DNA of 64,000 nt, from NCBI GenBank assembly GCA_964512835.1, contig CAZELA010000001.1, positions 41,372 to 105,371 of the forward strand, written 5' to 3'. The notes beneath the pieces were generated by a model, which was given only the letters and a program-made list of their open reading frames with translations, was not told where the DNA came from and made no database searches. Both the position numbers and the translations under genes were made by a program. Positions 8,953 to 19,127 of the stretch are shown here, piece by piece. The stretch is from an uncultured Candidatus Saccharibacteria bacterium (GTDB lineage Bacteria > Patescibacteriota > Minisyncoccia > Phycocordibacterales > UBA2100). How positions within the stretch are numbered: position 1 is the stretch's first letter; each line of letters starts with the position of its first letter.

Positions 8953-10453
8953 GTCCGTAAACATCGAATCGTCCGTATGACAGCATCGGACGATATTCGT
9001 CCCTCAAACGCTGCATGTGGGGCGCGTCGAACGCGGCACTAAATCCTTCCAATCCCTCGGACGGCATAACGATGAAGTCCGGTAGTTCCGCCGATCCGAA
9101 ATCGAGCGGATTGTTTCCCACCGAGAGGGACTCGTTCACCACGAAAAAACTGTATTTTTGTGACGCATCAAAGAACATTGATACCTGCGGCGCGTGGATG
9201 AATGCGATCGTCTCTGACGGCTGCACGCTATGCTGCAATCGCGCAGCCACGACTTGTGCGTCATCGCTCTCATATATATCTGCGTAATAGATAAGGTGGA
9301 TGCTCTGCAGGATTATCAATACTGCGATCGCGACACCGCCTACCACACGCAGGCCGGGAAGTGCCCAGCCAATGCGTATCGTTCGTACATATGCGGCAAT
9401 CGCATCGATCGCGGCGGGAACTAATGTAGCAAGCCAGAGCTGGAGCGGTAAAAGGTATTTAAACCATCCCGGTGAGCGCAAGAAGTACAAAAAGCCGAGC
9501 GTTCCGTATGTCAGCACGAATGTCCCGATGAAACGGTCTTTTTGCATGCCTGTCCGAAGCATCCATGCGAGCAGAACGATACCCGTGAGAATAACGAGAT
9601 AGATCAACGTCGTCTCGCGGAACAGATTCGACAGATTTGAAAGAATATTTCCGCTTTGTGAAGAGGCGAGACCGAATGTCGGTTTCGTAAAGAATAGTAC
9701 GGTATCGTGCCACCACGTCGCGCTCAGGGGTCCGGGCAGGTACACGCATAACTCCATCACGACAGGGATCGCCGCACCGAAAGCGGTTTTTAGTAGCGGT
9801 GTAAGGACGGAGCGCCGGTGCTCGACGACGAGTGCGACGGCAACGGCGAACGAAGTAAATACATACACGGACGGCCGACTCACCATACAGAGGCCGAGTA
9901 GTATGCCGGAGAGAAACGGGTACACGCGGATAGTCATGAGCGTGAGGAACATAAGGGTCATACCGGCGATGTCGCCCATCACCATCCGCCCATTGTTATG
10001 AAACGGAGGAAGAGATGCGAGGAGGTACGCGGCAGCTACCCCATACCATGGTCCGAATTGTCGTCTGACGAACATGTAGGCGGCAACAATGCATGCAAGC
10101 ATCCATACGATCGAATACGCACGCGCAGTTGCGACATCGAATCCTGATACAAAGAACAGTGCCGCGAGCGGAAGCGACACCGTGATACCGGAACTGTTGG
10201 CGATATGCGGACGTTCCGAGAACGTATGCGGCGCGGTCACGACATCGAGCACGCCGTAGGAGGCAAGATTCCGTGCCTCCTCGATCATAAATCCTTCGTC
10301 GAACGACAATCGGGGCTTGGTTGTGAGTGTCTGAAACGCGTATACCGATACTGTTATGAGAAGTAGAGCAACGAGCCACTCGGGGCGGATGCGGGCGATT
10401 CGTTCGCGCAGCGTCATGGTCACAACATCATACCCGTTGTCCCGTTCGTGCAC
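8942..10453 (-). CDS. GT-C membrane glycosyltransferase (PMT/ArnT, GT39/GT83-like)
   Basis: 503 aa, many TM helices. N-terminal loop SFDEGFMIEEARNLASYG matches the DE-x-Y...A-x-N-x-x-x-G motif of the ArnT/PMT family. Confidence 0.55.
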   Translation of the reverse strand: MHERDNGYDVVTMTLRERIARIRPEWLVALLLITVSVYAFQTLTTKPRLSFDEGFMIEEARNLASYGVLDVVTAPHTFSERPHIANSSGITVSLPLAALFFVSGFDVATARAYSIVWMLACIVAAYMFVRRQFGPWYGVAAAYLLASLPPFHNNGRMVMGDIAGMTLMFLTLMTIRVYPFLSGILLGLCMVSRPSVYVFTSFAVAVALVVEHRRSVLTPLLKTAFGAAIPVVMELCVYLPGPLSATWWHDTVLFFTKPTFGLASSQSGNILSNLSNLFRETTLIYLVILTGIVLLAWMLRTGMQKDRFIGTFVLTYGTLGFLYFLRSPGWFKYLLPLQLWLATLVPAAIDAIAAYVRTIRIGWALPGLRVVGGVAIAVLIILQSIHLIYYADIYESDDAQVVAARLQHSVQPSETIAFIHAPQVSMFFDASQKYSFFVVNESLSVGNNPLDFGSAELPDFIVMPSEGLEGFSAAFDAPHMQRLRDEYRPMLSYGRFDVYGLIP

Positions 10454-10461
10454 TACGGACT

Positions 10462-10938
10462 ATGAAATGCGATACTGCCCCCATGATCACGGGTGTGCTC
10501 AAGCGTTTACAGACGACCGTACGGCGTATGTATTGGATGCGTCGGTTCGGCTCGTGCGGGACCGATCTGAAAATATACGGTCGCATTTCTGCGTTTCCCT
10601 CGGAGCATGTGCATGTCGGTTCGCATGTATCGATCAATGACCTCGTTATTTTGAATGCGCGCGATCATATTACGATCGGCAGTCACGTCAGCATCTCGCC
10701 CGGAGTCATTATCAATACCGGCGGACTGAATTATGAGCAACCTCGAGGTGAGAGAGGTCACTCAAAGGCGCCCGTTGTGATCAAGGACGGTGCCTGGATA
10801 TGTTCAGGAGCGATCATTAACCCCGGGGTGACGATTGGCGAAGATGCGGTCGTGGCTGCAGGTGCTGTAGTTACGAAAGACGTCGAGGCGAGAACAGTTG
10901 TAGGTGGGGTGCCGGCGACGGTCATAAAACGTTACTGA
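10462..10938 (+). CDS. Hexapeptide-repeat (LbH) O-acetyltransferase (WcaF/maltose acetyltransferase-like)
   Basis: Repeated [LIV]GxxxxI hexapeptides (IGSHVSISPGVIIN, IGEDAVVAAGAVVTKDV), 158 aa. Confidence 0.65.
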   Translation: MKCDTAPMITGVLKRLQTTVRRMYWMRRFGSCGTDLKIYGRISAFPSEHVHVGSHVSINDLVILNARDHITIGSHVSISPGVIINTGGLNYEQPRGERGHSKAPVVIKDGAWICSGAIINPGVTIGEDAVVAAGAVVTKDVEARTVVGGVPATVIKRY

Positions 10939-10995
10939 AGTGCAGGTCGGTCACGTCGGGGTGGTAACCGGCCTTTTTACGTATACAATCGCGTC

Positions 10996-12123
10996 ATGTC
11001 AGGACGCATGATCATTCTTTTCGCCGGGCGGTTAGGCGGCGAAAAAGCTGATGCCTTGTTTGTCCGGGAAAGCGCAGCGTCCTTCGCCGCAGCCGGCATT
11101 GAGACGATCGTCATCGCACCCCGCCGCCTCCGTCGCGGACACTATTCGAGCGATGTGTTTCGAACAGTGTACCTGCCGACGGTCGATCTCTTCGATATTC
11201 CTATACTCTGGAGTCTTGCTAATGTGTGCAACCTGTTCTTTTTCTCGATCAGTACGCTGGTATGGTTGTGGCTTAGGGGTTCACGGGATGACGTCATACT
11301 TTGCAACGAGCCGATACCACTGTGGTTTGCATCGCTACGGTCTTCGCATACGGTCTATGAGGTTCATATTTTCCCCGAACGAAATCACAGGCTCTACGGT
11401 CGGTTCTTCAGGCGCGTGCAGTTATTTGCACCGATAACGGACTGGACCGCCCGTCAGCTCGGATCAGTATTTGGCATCGCTTCTGAGCGTATCGTGGTCT
11501 CCCGGAGCGGCGTTAATCTGAATATGTTCTCATCCGTTTCCGGTCTCGATGCGAGACAGCAGCTTGGACTGGAAGCGGGTCGGAGTATCGTGGTCTATAC
11601 CGGCCATTTGTATGACTGGAAGGGTGTCGATACGTTGGCGGCGGCGGCACGGAGTTTGCCGGACGTCCTGTTTATCTATGTCGGAGGAACAGACGGTGAC
11701 GTGAGGAGGCGACGCGAGCAATGGAAGGAAATACAGAATATCGATGTGCGCGGGAGCGTTCCTCATCACGAAGTCGGACTGTGGCAGTCTGCTGCAGACG
11801 TGCTCGCGATACCGAACTCCGCCTCAGAGCCGATATCGGTGCACTACACGTCGCCCATGAAGCTGTTTGAATATATGGCCAGCAAGCGGCCTATTGTTGC
11901 TTCTGATCTCCCTTCGATCAGGGAAGTACTGAGCGACGACAGTGCGTACTTGTTCACGCCGGATGATCCGTCTGCACTCAGCGCCGCACTACGGCTCGCC
12001 CTGAATGACCCGAATGCATCGCTACGCGCCGAAGCAGCGTTCAGTAAGGTACAGAACTTCACGTGGGACGTGCGATCGGCGCGGATCCTCCGGCATTTCG
12101 GCTATACTGACGCGACGTTATGA
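10996..12123 (+). CDS. Glycosyltransferase family 1 (GT4)
   Basis: PMKLFEYMASKRPIVASDLPSIREVL C-terminal GT1 motif, 375 aa. Confidence 0.7.
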   Translation: MSGRMIILFAGRLGGEKADALFVRESAASFAAAGIETIVIAPRRLRRGHYSSDVFRTVYLPTVDLFDIPILWSLANVCNLFFFSISTLVWLWLRGSRDDVILCNEPIPLWFASLRSSHTVYEVHIFPERNHRLYGRFFRRVQLFAPITDWTARQLGSVFGIASERIVVSRSGVNLNMFSSVSGLDARQQLGLEAGRSIVVYTGHLYDWKGVDTLAAAARSLPDVLFIYVGGTDGDVRRRREQWKEIQNIDVRGSVPHHEVGLWQSAADVLAIPNSASEPISVHYTSPMKLFEYMASKRPIVASDLPSIREVLSDDSAYLFTPDDPSALSAALRLALNDPNASLRAEAAFSKVQNFTWDVRSARILRHFGYTDATL

Positions 12124-13499
12124 GCGTTGTAAAAACGGTCGGCAAAGGCGTTGCATGGACCTCCGGGGCTATTCTGGTGGGCAAGATACTCACCATAGCG
12201 AACATTTTTATCATTCTGCGGAACCTGACCGTGTACGAGTACGGGTTCAATGAGCTTGTCCTCTCGATCATTTCGACCGTGGGGATTCTATTGTTGCCGG
12301 GACTCGTTACAACCATTATCGCGGACCTCTCCGTAGAACGTGGCCGTGAGAATCTCGCGGCGATGAAACAGATATTTACACAGTATTTTTTTCTTAACCT
12401 TGCGCTTGGATTTCTGGCATGGGCCGTGCTTTTTTTCGAATCTGCACCGATCGCAACATGGGCCGGTAACCCGTACGCGGCGCAGTTCCTCCACATCGCG
12501 TCGTTCCTGTTCCTGATCTCACCGATGCGTACGATTACGATCACGCTATCGACCGTAATGCTTCGGTATTTCGAACAGTCATTCTACAACGTGTTCGAGG
12601 AGGCATTTAAGATGATTCTCATGCTCGTGCTGCTTGTGCAGATGCACACCGGCATCCACGGACTCATGTATTCCATCGTGTTGTCACAGCTGTTGGTCGT
12701 TCTCCTGTACCTGCCGCGCACCATTTCCGCGTACCGGCACTTTGCGGATGCCGAGTCAGAGAGCGGTATATTTTTCTGGAATCTCGTTCGGGAACATCGA
12801 AAGTGGAGCATCGCATCCTCGTATATCGGAACACTGACGCAGAATGCGAGATTGTGGGGTATTAAGGCGCTCTTGGGTACGGAGGCGGTCGGACTGTTCG
12901 CGTTCGCGTACGGTGTCATGAACAATATTACGTCGCTAGTGCCGCTCTCTTCGGTAATCGCCCCGGTGATCCCGCATTATATTGATAAGCGCGATCAGCT
13001 CGTGCGGATGGTGCGCGCATCGGTAAAGATTCAGATAGCGGTAACCGTCGGGTTCCTTGTGCTCGCGCTCATAATCAGTAATGCCGTCGTCCGCATGTTC
13101 TTCCCGAACTATATTGAGGCGATCCCGCTCGTATACATTATGTTGTTCTCGATTGTTCCGAACGGTATTGTCAGTGTCTATACACCGGTCTTCAATGCGT
13201 TCAAGGAACAGCAGTCATTGTTCATGTCGAATGTGTTTAAAGCCGTGCTGATGTGTGTTTCATTGCCGGTCTCGGTTTATTTTTTCGGGAGTCTCGGAAG
13301 TGCGATCGAATTGAATCTGACGACCTACATCAACAGCATCGAGCGCCATATACGGCTGCAAAAGCTGCTCCCCACATACTCGCTTTCCTGGTCGGTGCTG
13401 TTCAGGTCAGACGCCTACGAGCGTGAGGCCGCTTCCACGGTCATGAAGGGATTGTTGGGCAAGCTCGGAGCCTTTACTCGCGCGAAAAAGAATTCATAA
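12120..13499 (+). CDS. Wzx-like polysaccharide flippase (MOP superfamily)
   Basis: 459 aa, ~12-14 predicted TM helices. N-terminal GKGVAWTSGAILVGKIL typical of Wzx/PST family. ATGA overlap with upstream GT1. Confidence 0.6.
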   Translation: MSVVKTVGKGVAWTSGAILVGKILTIANIFIILRNLTVYEYGFNELVLSIISTVGILLLPGLVTTIIADLSVERGRENLAAMKQIFTQYFFLNLALGFLAWAVLFFESAPIATWAGNPYAAQFLHIASFLFLISPMRTITITLSTVMLRYFEQSFYNVFEEAFKMILMLVLLVQMHTGIHGLMYSIVLSQLLVVLLYLPRTISAYRHFADAESESGIFFWNLVREHRKWSIASSYIGTLTQNARLWGIKALLGTEAVGLFAFAYGVMNNITSLVPLSSVIAPVIPHYIDKRDQLVRMVRASVKIQIAVTVGFLVLALIISNAVVRMFFPNYIEAIPLVYIMLFSIVPNGIVSVYTPVFNAFKEQQSLFMSNVFKAVLMCVSLPVSVYFFGSLGSAIELNLTTYINSIERHIRLQKLLPTYSLSWSVLFRSDAYEREAASTVMKGLLGKLGAFTRAKKNS

Positions 13500-13510
13500 T
13501 TGCCCGAACC

Positions 13511-14173
13511 ATGAAAAACCTCATTAAACGCGCAATGGAGCGCTTCGGTATCGGACGCGTGCAGCCGGGACAGATCGTCATCAACACACGTCAGCTCAAC
13601 AATATTCTGTACTACGCCGATGTCTTCAAGCTCGTCGACGGCGTTCAGGGATCGGTCGTTGAATGTGGCGTGGGAAAAGGTAGGTCATTCCTGTATCTGT
13701 CGTACCTGATTCAGAAGGAGGGCAAGTCCCGACTGCTCTGGGGATTTGACTCATTTGAAGGTTTTCCTGAGCCGGCTCCGGAAGATGCCGGTGAAAGAAA
13801 TCCGCAGAAAGGCGAGTGGTCCGACGGTATCAATATTGCCCGGATACGGAATGTGCTCACGGTCGCCGGTATCGGTGAGCAGTGGATTGAAAAAAACGTA
13901 CGACTCGTGAAGGGGTTCTTCAATGAGTCGCTCGGCAGATACGACGGCACACCGATTGCGCTTTTGCATGTTGATGCCGACCTGTACCAATCGTACATGG
14001 ATGTCTTGCGAGCGCTCTTCCCAAAAGTCGCGAAGAACGGTGTCGTATTGTTCGACGAGTACAATGAGGCCGCGTGGCCCGGCGCAAAAAAGGCGGTAGA
14101 CGAATTTTTCCGCGACATGCCGTATGAAATCAAACGACACCCGTCGGGAAAGTATTACCTCATCAAATCGTAA
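13511..14173 (+). CDS. TylF/MycF-family sugar O-methyltransferase
   Basis: VVECGVGKGRSF and HVDADLYQSYMDVLRALFPKVAKNGVVLFDEY match the macrocin-O-methyltransferase family motifs. Confidence 0.65.
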   Translation: MKNLIKRAMERFGIGRVQPGQIVINTRQLNNILYYADVFKLVDGVQGSVVECGVGKGRSFLYLSYLIQKEGKSRLLWGFDSFEGFPEPAPEDAGERNPQKGEWSDGINIARIRNVLTVAGIGEQWIEKNVRLVKGFFNESLGRYDGTPIALLHVDADLYQSYMDVLRALFPKVAKNGVVLFDEYNEAAWPGAKKAVDEFFRDMPYEIKRHPSGKYYLIKS

Positions 14174-14212
14174 GGGATCACGTTCCGGTCGAGCCCATAC
14201 ACCACCTTCACC

Positions 14213-14941
14213 ATGACAACCGGTCTTTCTAATGAACAGCAGGTCATGGAACGGAGGTTTGCACTTCCGTACAACTGGCTGAAGGGCGACCATACGCGAC
14301 ACGTCCGACAAAAGAACGGTCTGTGGTCGCTGGCGCTCAGTTGCGCGGGTGATCTGAAAGGTTCCCGCGTGCTCGACGCAGGATGCGGCGACGGATGGTA
14401 TTCGGAAAAAATGGTGCGCGAGGGTGCCGTAGTGTCGGGTATCGACTATTCTGAGCGCGCAATAGCATTTGCGCGGGACATCCTGCCGACCGCCGATTTT
14501 CAGGTCGCATCAATCACTGCACTGCCGTTTGCTGATGAAACATTTGACGTGTCGTTTTCATTCCAGGTGATCGAGCATCTTCCTCCGGATCAGGTTCCGC
14601 ATGCTATCGCCGAACTCGTTCGCGTGACGAAAAGGGGAGGCAAGATTATTGTGTCGGTACCTTCGGTCGTTCGGCCCAAGTCAGCGGCTCACTATCAACA
14701 TTTCACCGAGGCATCGCTACGCGATCTTTTTAAGGCATTTGTTTCGCAGAGTGATGTATATGGCCAGGAGCGACATACACCCGCGCTCTGGTTCGTGGAG
14801 CGGTTCATTCAAAACCGGATATGGACTCTTGAGGCGCTCGGCGTGTGGTTCAATCGGGTAGTCTTCCCGCGCTTGTACAACAGAACGGCTACGGATAAGG
14901 GCTACAATCTCGTCTTCGCCGGCACGCGATCTTCGACATGA
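14213..14941 (+). CDS. Class I SAM-dependent methyltransferase (Methyltransf_11-like)
   Basis: VLDAGCGDGWYS motif I and the DVSFSFQVIEHL post-I region. Confidence 0.6.
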   Translation: MTTGLSNEQQVMERRFALPYNWLKGDHTRHVRQKNGLWSLALSCAGDLKGSRVLDAGCGDGWYSEKMVREGAVVSGIDYSERAIAFARDILPTADFQVASITALPFADETFDVSFSFQVIEHLPPDQVPHAIAELVRVTKRGGKIIVSVPSVVRPKSAAHYQHFTEASLRDLFKAFVSQSDVYGQERHTPALWFVERFIQNRIWTLEALGVWFNRVVFPRLYNRTATDKGYNLVFAGTRSST

Positions 14942-16323
14942 CCAACAGAGCCCTGATTGCCGTACTCGCTGCAGCGCTCCTCGTCCGTCTTGCGCTATTT
15001 TTTGCCCTCCTTCCGTTGGGGGAAGAGAAGGCATTTTATCTCGGAGACACCGTTGGATACCTGCGATACGTTGAGAATCTGTCAGCCGGTCACGGATATA
15101 CCGAGTCTGTAGCATCCCCGTATATCCCGAGCGGAATGAGAACTCCGGGACTGCCGTTCATATTCCTTGGTGTGAAGATAGCTTTCGGAACACTGATTCC
15201 CTACGTTGTGATTCAGATCGTGATGGCGCTCGGGATCATCATAATCGCATATCGCATAGCACTCGTTTCGACGGGGAGCGAAAAGCTTGCCCTCGGTGCG
15301 GCAATCTTGTCCGCCTTTGAACCCTACTCGGTGTTCATAAATATGTCGCTTTTGACGGAGACTGTTTTTTCGCTCGTGTACCTCGCTGCCATACTCGCAT
15401 TGATGCGGTATGTGCAGCGCAGAGGGTGGGCCATGCTTGGTCTGTCATCGGCGCTTTTCGGGGTTGCGGCGCTCATACGACCCATAGCGGAATTTATGCC
15501 GCTTTTGATAATCGCACTCGTTCTTTTTATTGACGCGCCTCGGATGTGGTTCCGCGGAGTAATCCTCGCGACAATACCGTTTCTCATCGTGTTGTCCCCG
15601 TGGCTGATCAGAAATTATTCGGTCCTCGGAAGCGCGAGTGTATCGACCGGCGGATATCAGAATGTCTACTCCGACCTCGGCGCAACGATACTCTCGTATA
15701 AGAACGGTACCGAGTGGTACGTGGAAAAAATGAAACTTAATGCTGATTTTGCGGCGCGTCACAATATAGCCGTCGAGGACCTCCAACAGTATCCGAAATT
15801 GAACGGCGCATTTCTAACGGAGGGTCTTGCGATCATGCGCGAGAATCCGCTACCGACGTTAAAAGCTGCCGCGACGGTTTTCATAGCATTCTTTACTAAC
15901 GACGCGTGGGCCTACTACCTTCAATACTGGGGATGGATGCCGACGTTTACCTACGGCATCGCTCCGATCCAAATTCTGATGCAGGATGGTCCTGTCGTCG
16001 CGTTTGAAAAGATATCGGCTGCGGGTGGTCTCGGACTTATTGTGCCGCTTATGGGTCGCGTATTCTGGATAGTCATCAGCCTGTGCTTCTTTGTGGGATC
16101 AGGCTGGTGGATATGGTGTGGCGGCGAAAAGCGGATCTTCGGCCTATTGTTTCTATTGACTGCGTTATACATGGTGACACTCTGCTTTTCGAATGGAGCG
16201 GGAATAAACGGCAGGTATCGATATCCGATTAATCCCGTGCTGTATGCGCCGGCATTGTTCACCATGTTCGCGCTCTGGAGACGGCTCATGATAGGCTGGA
16301 TGCGTTGGAAGGTTAGCCCATGA
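14938..16323 (+). CDS. GT-C membrane glycosyltransferase (PMT_2/dolichyl-phosphate-mannose mannosyltransferase-like)
   Basis: 461 aa, polytopic. N-terminal GDTVGYLRYVENLSAGHGYT resembles the PMT_2 family loop. ATGA overlap with upstream methyltransferase. Confidence 0.5.
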   Translation: MTNRALIAVLAAALLVRLALFFALLPLGEEKAFYLGDTVGYLRYVENLSAGHGYTESVASPYIPSGMRTPGLPFIFLGVKIAFGTLIPYVVIQIVMALGIIIIAYRIALVSTGSEKLALGAAILSAFEPYSVFINMSLLTETVFSLVYLAAILALMRYVQRRGWAMLGLSSALFGVAALIRPIAEFMPLLIIALVLFIDAPRMWFRGVILATIPFLIVLSPWLIRNYSVLGSASVSTGGYQNVYSDLGATILSYKNGTEWYVEKMKLNADFAARHNIAVEDLQQYPKLNGAFLTEGLAIMRENPLPTLKAAATVFIAFFTNDAWAYYLQYWGWMPTFTYGIAPIQILMQDGPVVAFEKISAAGGLGLIVPLMGRVFWIVISLCFFVGSGWWIWCGGEKRIFGLLFLLTALYMVTLCFSNGAGINGRYRYPINPVLYAPALFTMFALWRRLMIGWMRWKVSP

Positions 16324-17255
16324 AATACTCAATTGTCATACCGGTCTATAACGAAGCGGGTAATCTTGTGCGACTCCACGAGCGGATCGCAGCTGTCGTA
16401 CCGAAACTCGGCAACACCGAAGTTCTGTATGTGGACGACGGCTCAAGGGATGCGAGCATCGAGGAGTTGCGCTCGATCGCCGCGTCGGATTCCTCTGTGC
16501 GGGTGATCCGTTTCGGAAGGAATTTCGGTCAGACTGCTGCGATGGCAGCCGGCTTTGAGCACGCGACGGGCGACGTGATTATCCCGATGGATGCGGACCT
16601 ACAGAATGATCCGGCTGACATCCCGATGCTCGTGGCGAAACTTGCAGAAGGCTACGATGTCGTCTCCGGATGGCGCAAGAACCGACAGGATGACTCGCTT
16701 CGCACCGTACCGTCGAAGATCGCGAATAAGCTGATCGCACAGGTAACCGGAGTCGCTATCAGCGACTACGGATGCTCGTTAAAGGCGTATCGCCGCGACG
16801 TACTCGACGGCGTGCGGTTGTATGGTGAAATGCATCGCTTCATTCCGGCCTATGCGGCGTGGAATGGCGGTCGTGTCACTGAAGTCGAAGTCTCGCACCA
16901 TCCCCGTACCGTCGGCTCATCGAAATACACTATTTGGAGGACCTTCAAAGTGATTCTGGACCTGCTTGTCGTAAAATTCCTGACTACATACTTTTCGCGC
17001 CCGATGCATTTTTTCGGCATCGCAGGATTCATCAGTATTTTCGTTGCCGGTGCCGCGTTCATGGGGGCACTGATATTAAAATTCGGTTATGGTGTCTCGT
17101 TTATTCTTACGCCGTTGCCGCTGCTTTCGGCACTGTTTTTCATAGTGGGCGTCCAATTTGTTTTGATGGGCATCATCGCGGAAATGGTCACGCGAACGTA
17201 CTACGAATCGCAAGGTAAATCGACGTACCGTATCGCCGAAAAGATAAATTTCTAA
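16320..17255 (+). CDS. GT2 polyprenol-phosphate glycosyltransferase (GtrB/ArnC/DPM1-like)
   Basis: YSIVIPVYNEAGNL...YVDDGSRD...DADLQND motifs plus two C-terminal TM helices. ATGA overlap with the upstream GT-C gene, forming a donor-synthase/GT-C pair. Confidence 0.7.
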   Translation: MKYSIVIPVYNEAGNLVRLHERIAAVVPKLGNTEVLYVDDGSRDASIEELRSIAASDSSVRVIRFGRNFGQTAAMAAGFEHATGDVIIPMDADLQNDPADIPMLVAKLAEGYDVVSGWRKNRQDDSLRTVPSKIANKLIAQVTGVAISDYGCSLKAYRRDVLDGVRLYGEMHRFIPAYAAWNGGRVTEVEVSHHPRTVGSSKYTIWRTFKVILDLLVVKFLTTYFSRPMHFFGIAGFISIFVAGAAFMGALILKFGYGVSFILTPLPLLSALFFIVGVQFVLMGIIAEMVTRTYYESQGKSTYRIAEKINF

Positions 17256-17262
17256 TCCCGAT

Positions 17263-19125
17263 ATGTGTGGGATCGCAGGGTTTCTCGGGTCGGGCGATGA
17301 GCAAACGCTTGCGCGCATGTGCGACGCGCTCTCCAAACGCGGTCCCGATGACCATGGCGTCTGGAGCGGGGGAGGAATCGGGCTCGCACATACACGCCTA
17401 GCGGTGATCGATCTCTCAACGAACGGTCATCAGCCGATGAAAAGTAGTAGCGGCGAAACCGTGATCTCATTCAACGGGGAGATCTATAACTACAAAGAAT
17501 TGCGTCGCGAGATCGAGAGTTCCGCCGGATATGTGTTCCGGACAGAGAGCGACACCGAAGTGATCTTGGCGGCATACGAATCATATGGTACCGCAGGCTT
17601 CGCAAAACTTGACGGCATGTTTGCGTTTGCCCTCTACGATGCGAAGCGCGACGAGATGTATCTTGTCCGCGACCGATTTGGAAAAAAGCCCCTCTACTGG
17701 GCGATTTTTGACGGAACGCTTTTGTTTGGCTCCGAGCTCAAGGCGCTCATGCGGCACCCATCCTTCAAAAAAGTAGTCGACCCGGTTTCGCTTGATATGT
17801 ATCTGGCGTACGAATATGTGCCTACACCGTTCTCGATATTCAAAGGTGTCAGCAAATTGGAAGCTGCTTCCTACCTCACCTATAAAAAGGGAGTCGAGCC
17901 CGTCATCAAAACATATTGGATGCCTCCACAGAGCCGGTCCGAGGATTCGTTCGCGAAAGCACTCGAGACCACGGATGTGCTTTTTGATGCGGCCGTCGCA
18001 AAGCGACTCGTGAGTGACGTGCCGCTTGGCGTGTTCCTTTCCGGCGGAATTGATAGTTCAGCGGTCGCGTACTATGCGAAGCGTCACGGCGATGTACGGA
18101 CATTCTCAATCGGGTTTGAGGATCCGGATTTTGACGAATCGACGTATGCGCGGGAAGTGGCGAAGTCACTCGGTACGTCGCATACGGAGGAGATATTCTC
18201 GTCTGCGAAATGCGTCGAGATCATACCCGAGGTATTGGGATATCTTGATGAGCCGATGGCAGACGCCTCGATATTGCCGACATCACTCCTTTCCGGTTTT
18301 ACACGTGCACATGTGACGGTCGCGCTCGGCGGCGATGGCGGTGATGAACTGTTCGCCGGGTACCCGACCTTTCAGGCCGAAGCGCTCGTCGGTGCATACA
18401 CACGCATCCCGAAGCCGATCCGCAGCGGTCTGATCGAGCCGCTTGTCCGCGCGCTTCCGGCCGGCGACACGAACATGAGTATTGATTTCCGTTTAAAACG
18501 CTTTGTTTCGGGCGCCGGGGCCGAGGAACACGAGCGTCACCAGCGCTGGCTTGGTGCGTTCACAAGCGATGCAGAGCGCACCGCGCTCATGAGGGCTCAA
18601 TCGGGCGGAGATCCGTTCATGCGACTGCGGGAATATTTTGACGGCGCGACGAATCGCGATGATCACCTGAACCGCTTGCTCTGGTCGTATGCACGCACAT
18701 ACATGATGGACGAGGTGCTCGTAAAAGTGGACCGTGCGAGCATGATGCATGCGCTTGAAGTTCGTACGCCTTTTTTGGACACGGCGTTAGCGGAGTACGT
18801 TATGAGCTTGCCGTATGCCTACAAATATCGGGGGATGACGGGCAAACGACTGCTCAAGGCGCTGATGCGCGGTAAGCTTCCCGACGCGGTGATTGATCGT
18901 CTCAAAAAAGGTTTCGGTATTCCACTTGCGAGGTGGCTGCGCACCGATATGAACAGGCTCATGCACGAACTCCTTTCTGATGAGGCCATCGTGCGTTCCG
19001 GCGTATTCGAGCAGACAGTCGTGCGCCGACTTGTCGCGGAACATGAGTCAGGCAGGGCAGATCACCGAAAAAAAATATGGACGCTCATGGTGTTTCAAAT
19101 GTGGCACAATACGTGGAACGTATAA
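17263..19125 (+). CDS. asnB: Asparagine synthase (glutamine-hydrolysing)-family amidotransferase
   Basis: N-terminal MCGIAGF (Ntn Cys2), SGGIDSS PP-loop, 620 aa. Confidence 0.8.
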   Translation: MCGIAGFLGSGDEQTLARMCDALSKRGPDDHGVWSGGGIGLAHTRLAVIDLSTNGHQPMKSSSGETVISFNGEIYNYKELRREIESSAGYVFRTESDTEVILAAYESYGTAGFAKLDGMFAFALYDAKRDEMYLVRDRFGKKPLYWAIFDGTLLFGSELKALMRHPSFKKVVDPVSLDMYLAYEYVPTPFSIFKGVSKLEAASYLTYKKGVEPVIKTYWMPPQSRSEDSFAKALETTDVLFDAAVAKRLVSDVPLGVFLSGGIDSSAVAYYAKRHGDVRTFSIGFEDPDFDESTYAREVAKSLGTSHTEEIFSSAKCVEIIPEVLGYLDEPMADASILPTSLLSGFTRAHVTVALGGDGGDELFAGYPTFQAEALVGAYTRIPKPIRSGLIEPLVRALPAGDTNMSIDFRLKRFVSGAGAEEHERHQRWLGAFTSDAERTALMRAQSGGDPFMRLREYFDGATNRDDHLNRLLWSYARTYMMDEVLVKVDRASMMHALEVRTPFLDTALAEYVMSLPYAYKYRGMTGKRLLKALMRGKLPDAVIDRLKKGFGIPLARWLRTDMNRLMHELLSDEAIVRSGVFEQTVVRRLVAEHESGRADHRKKIWTLMVFQMWHNTWNV

Positions 19126-19127
19126 GT

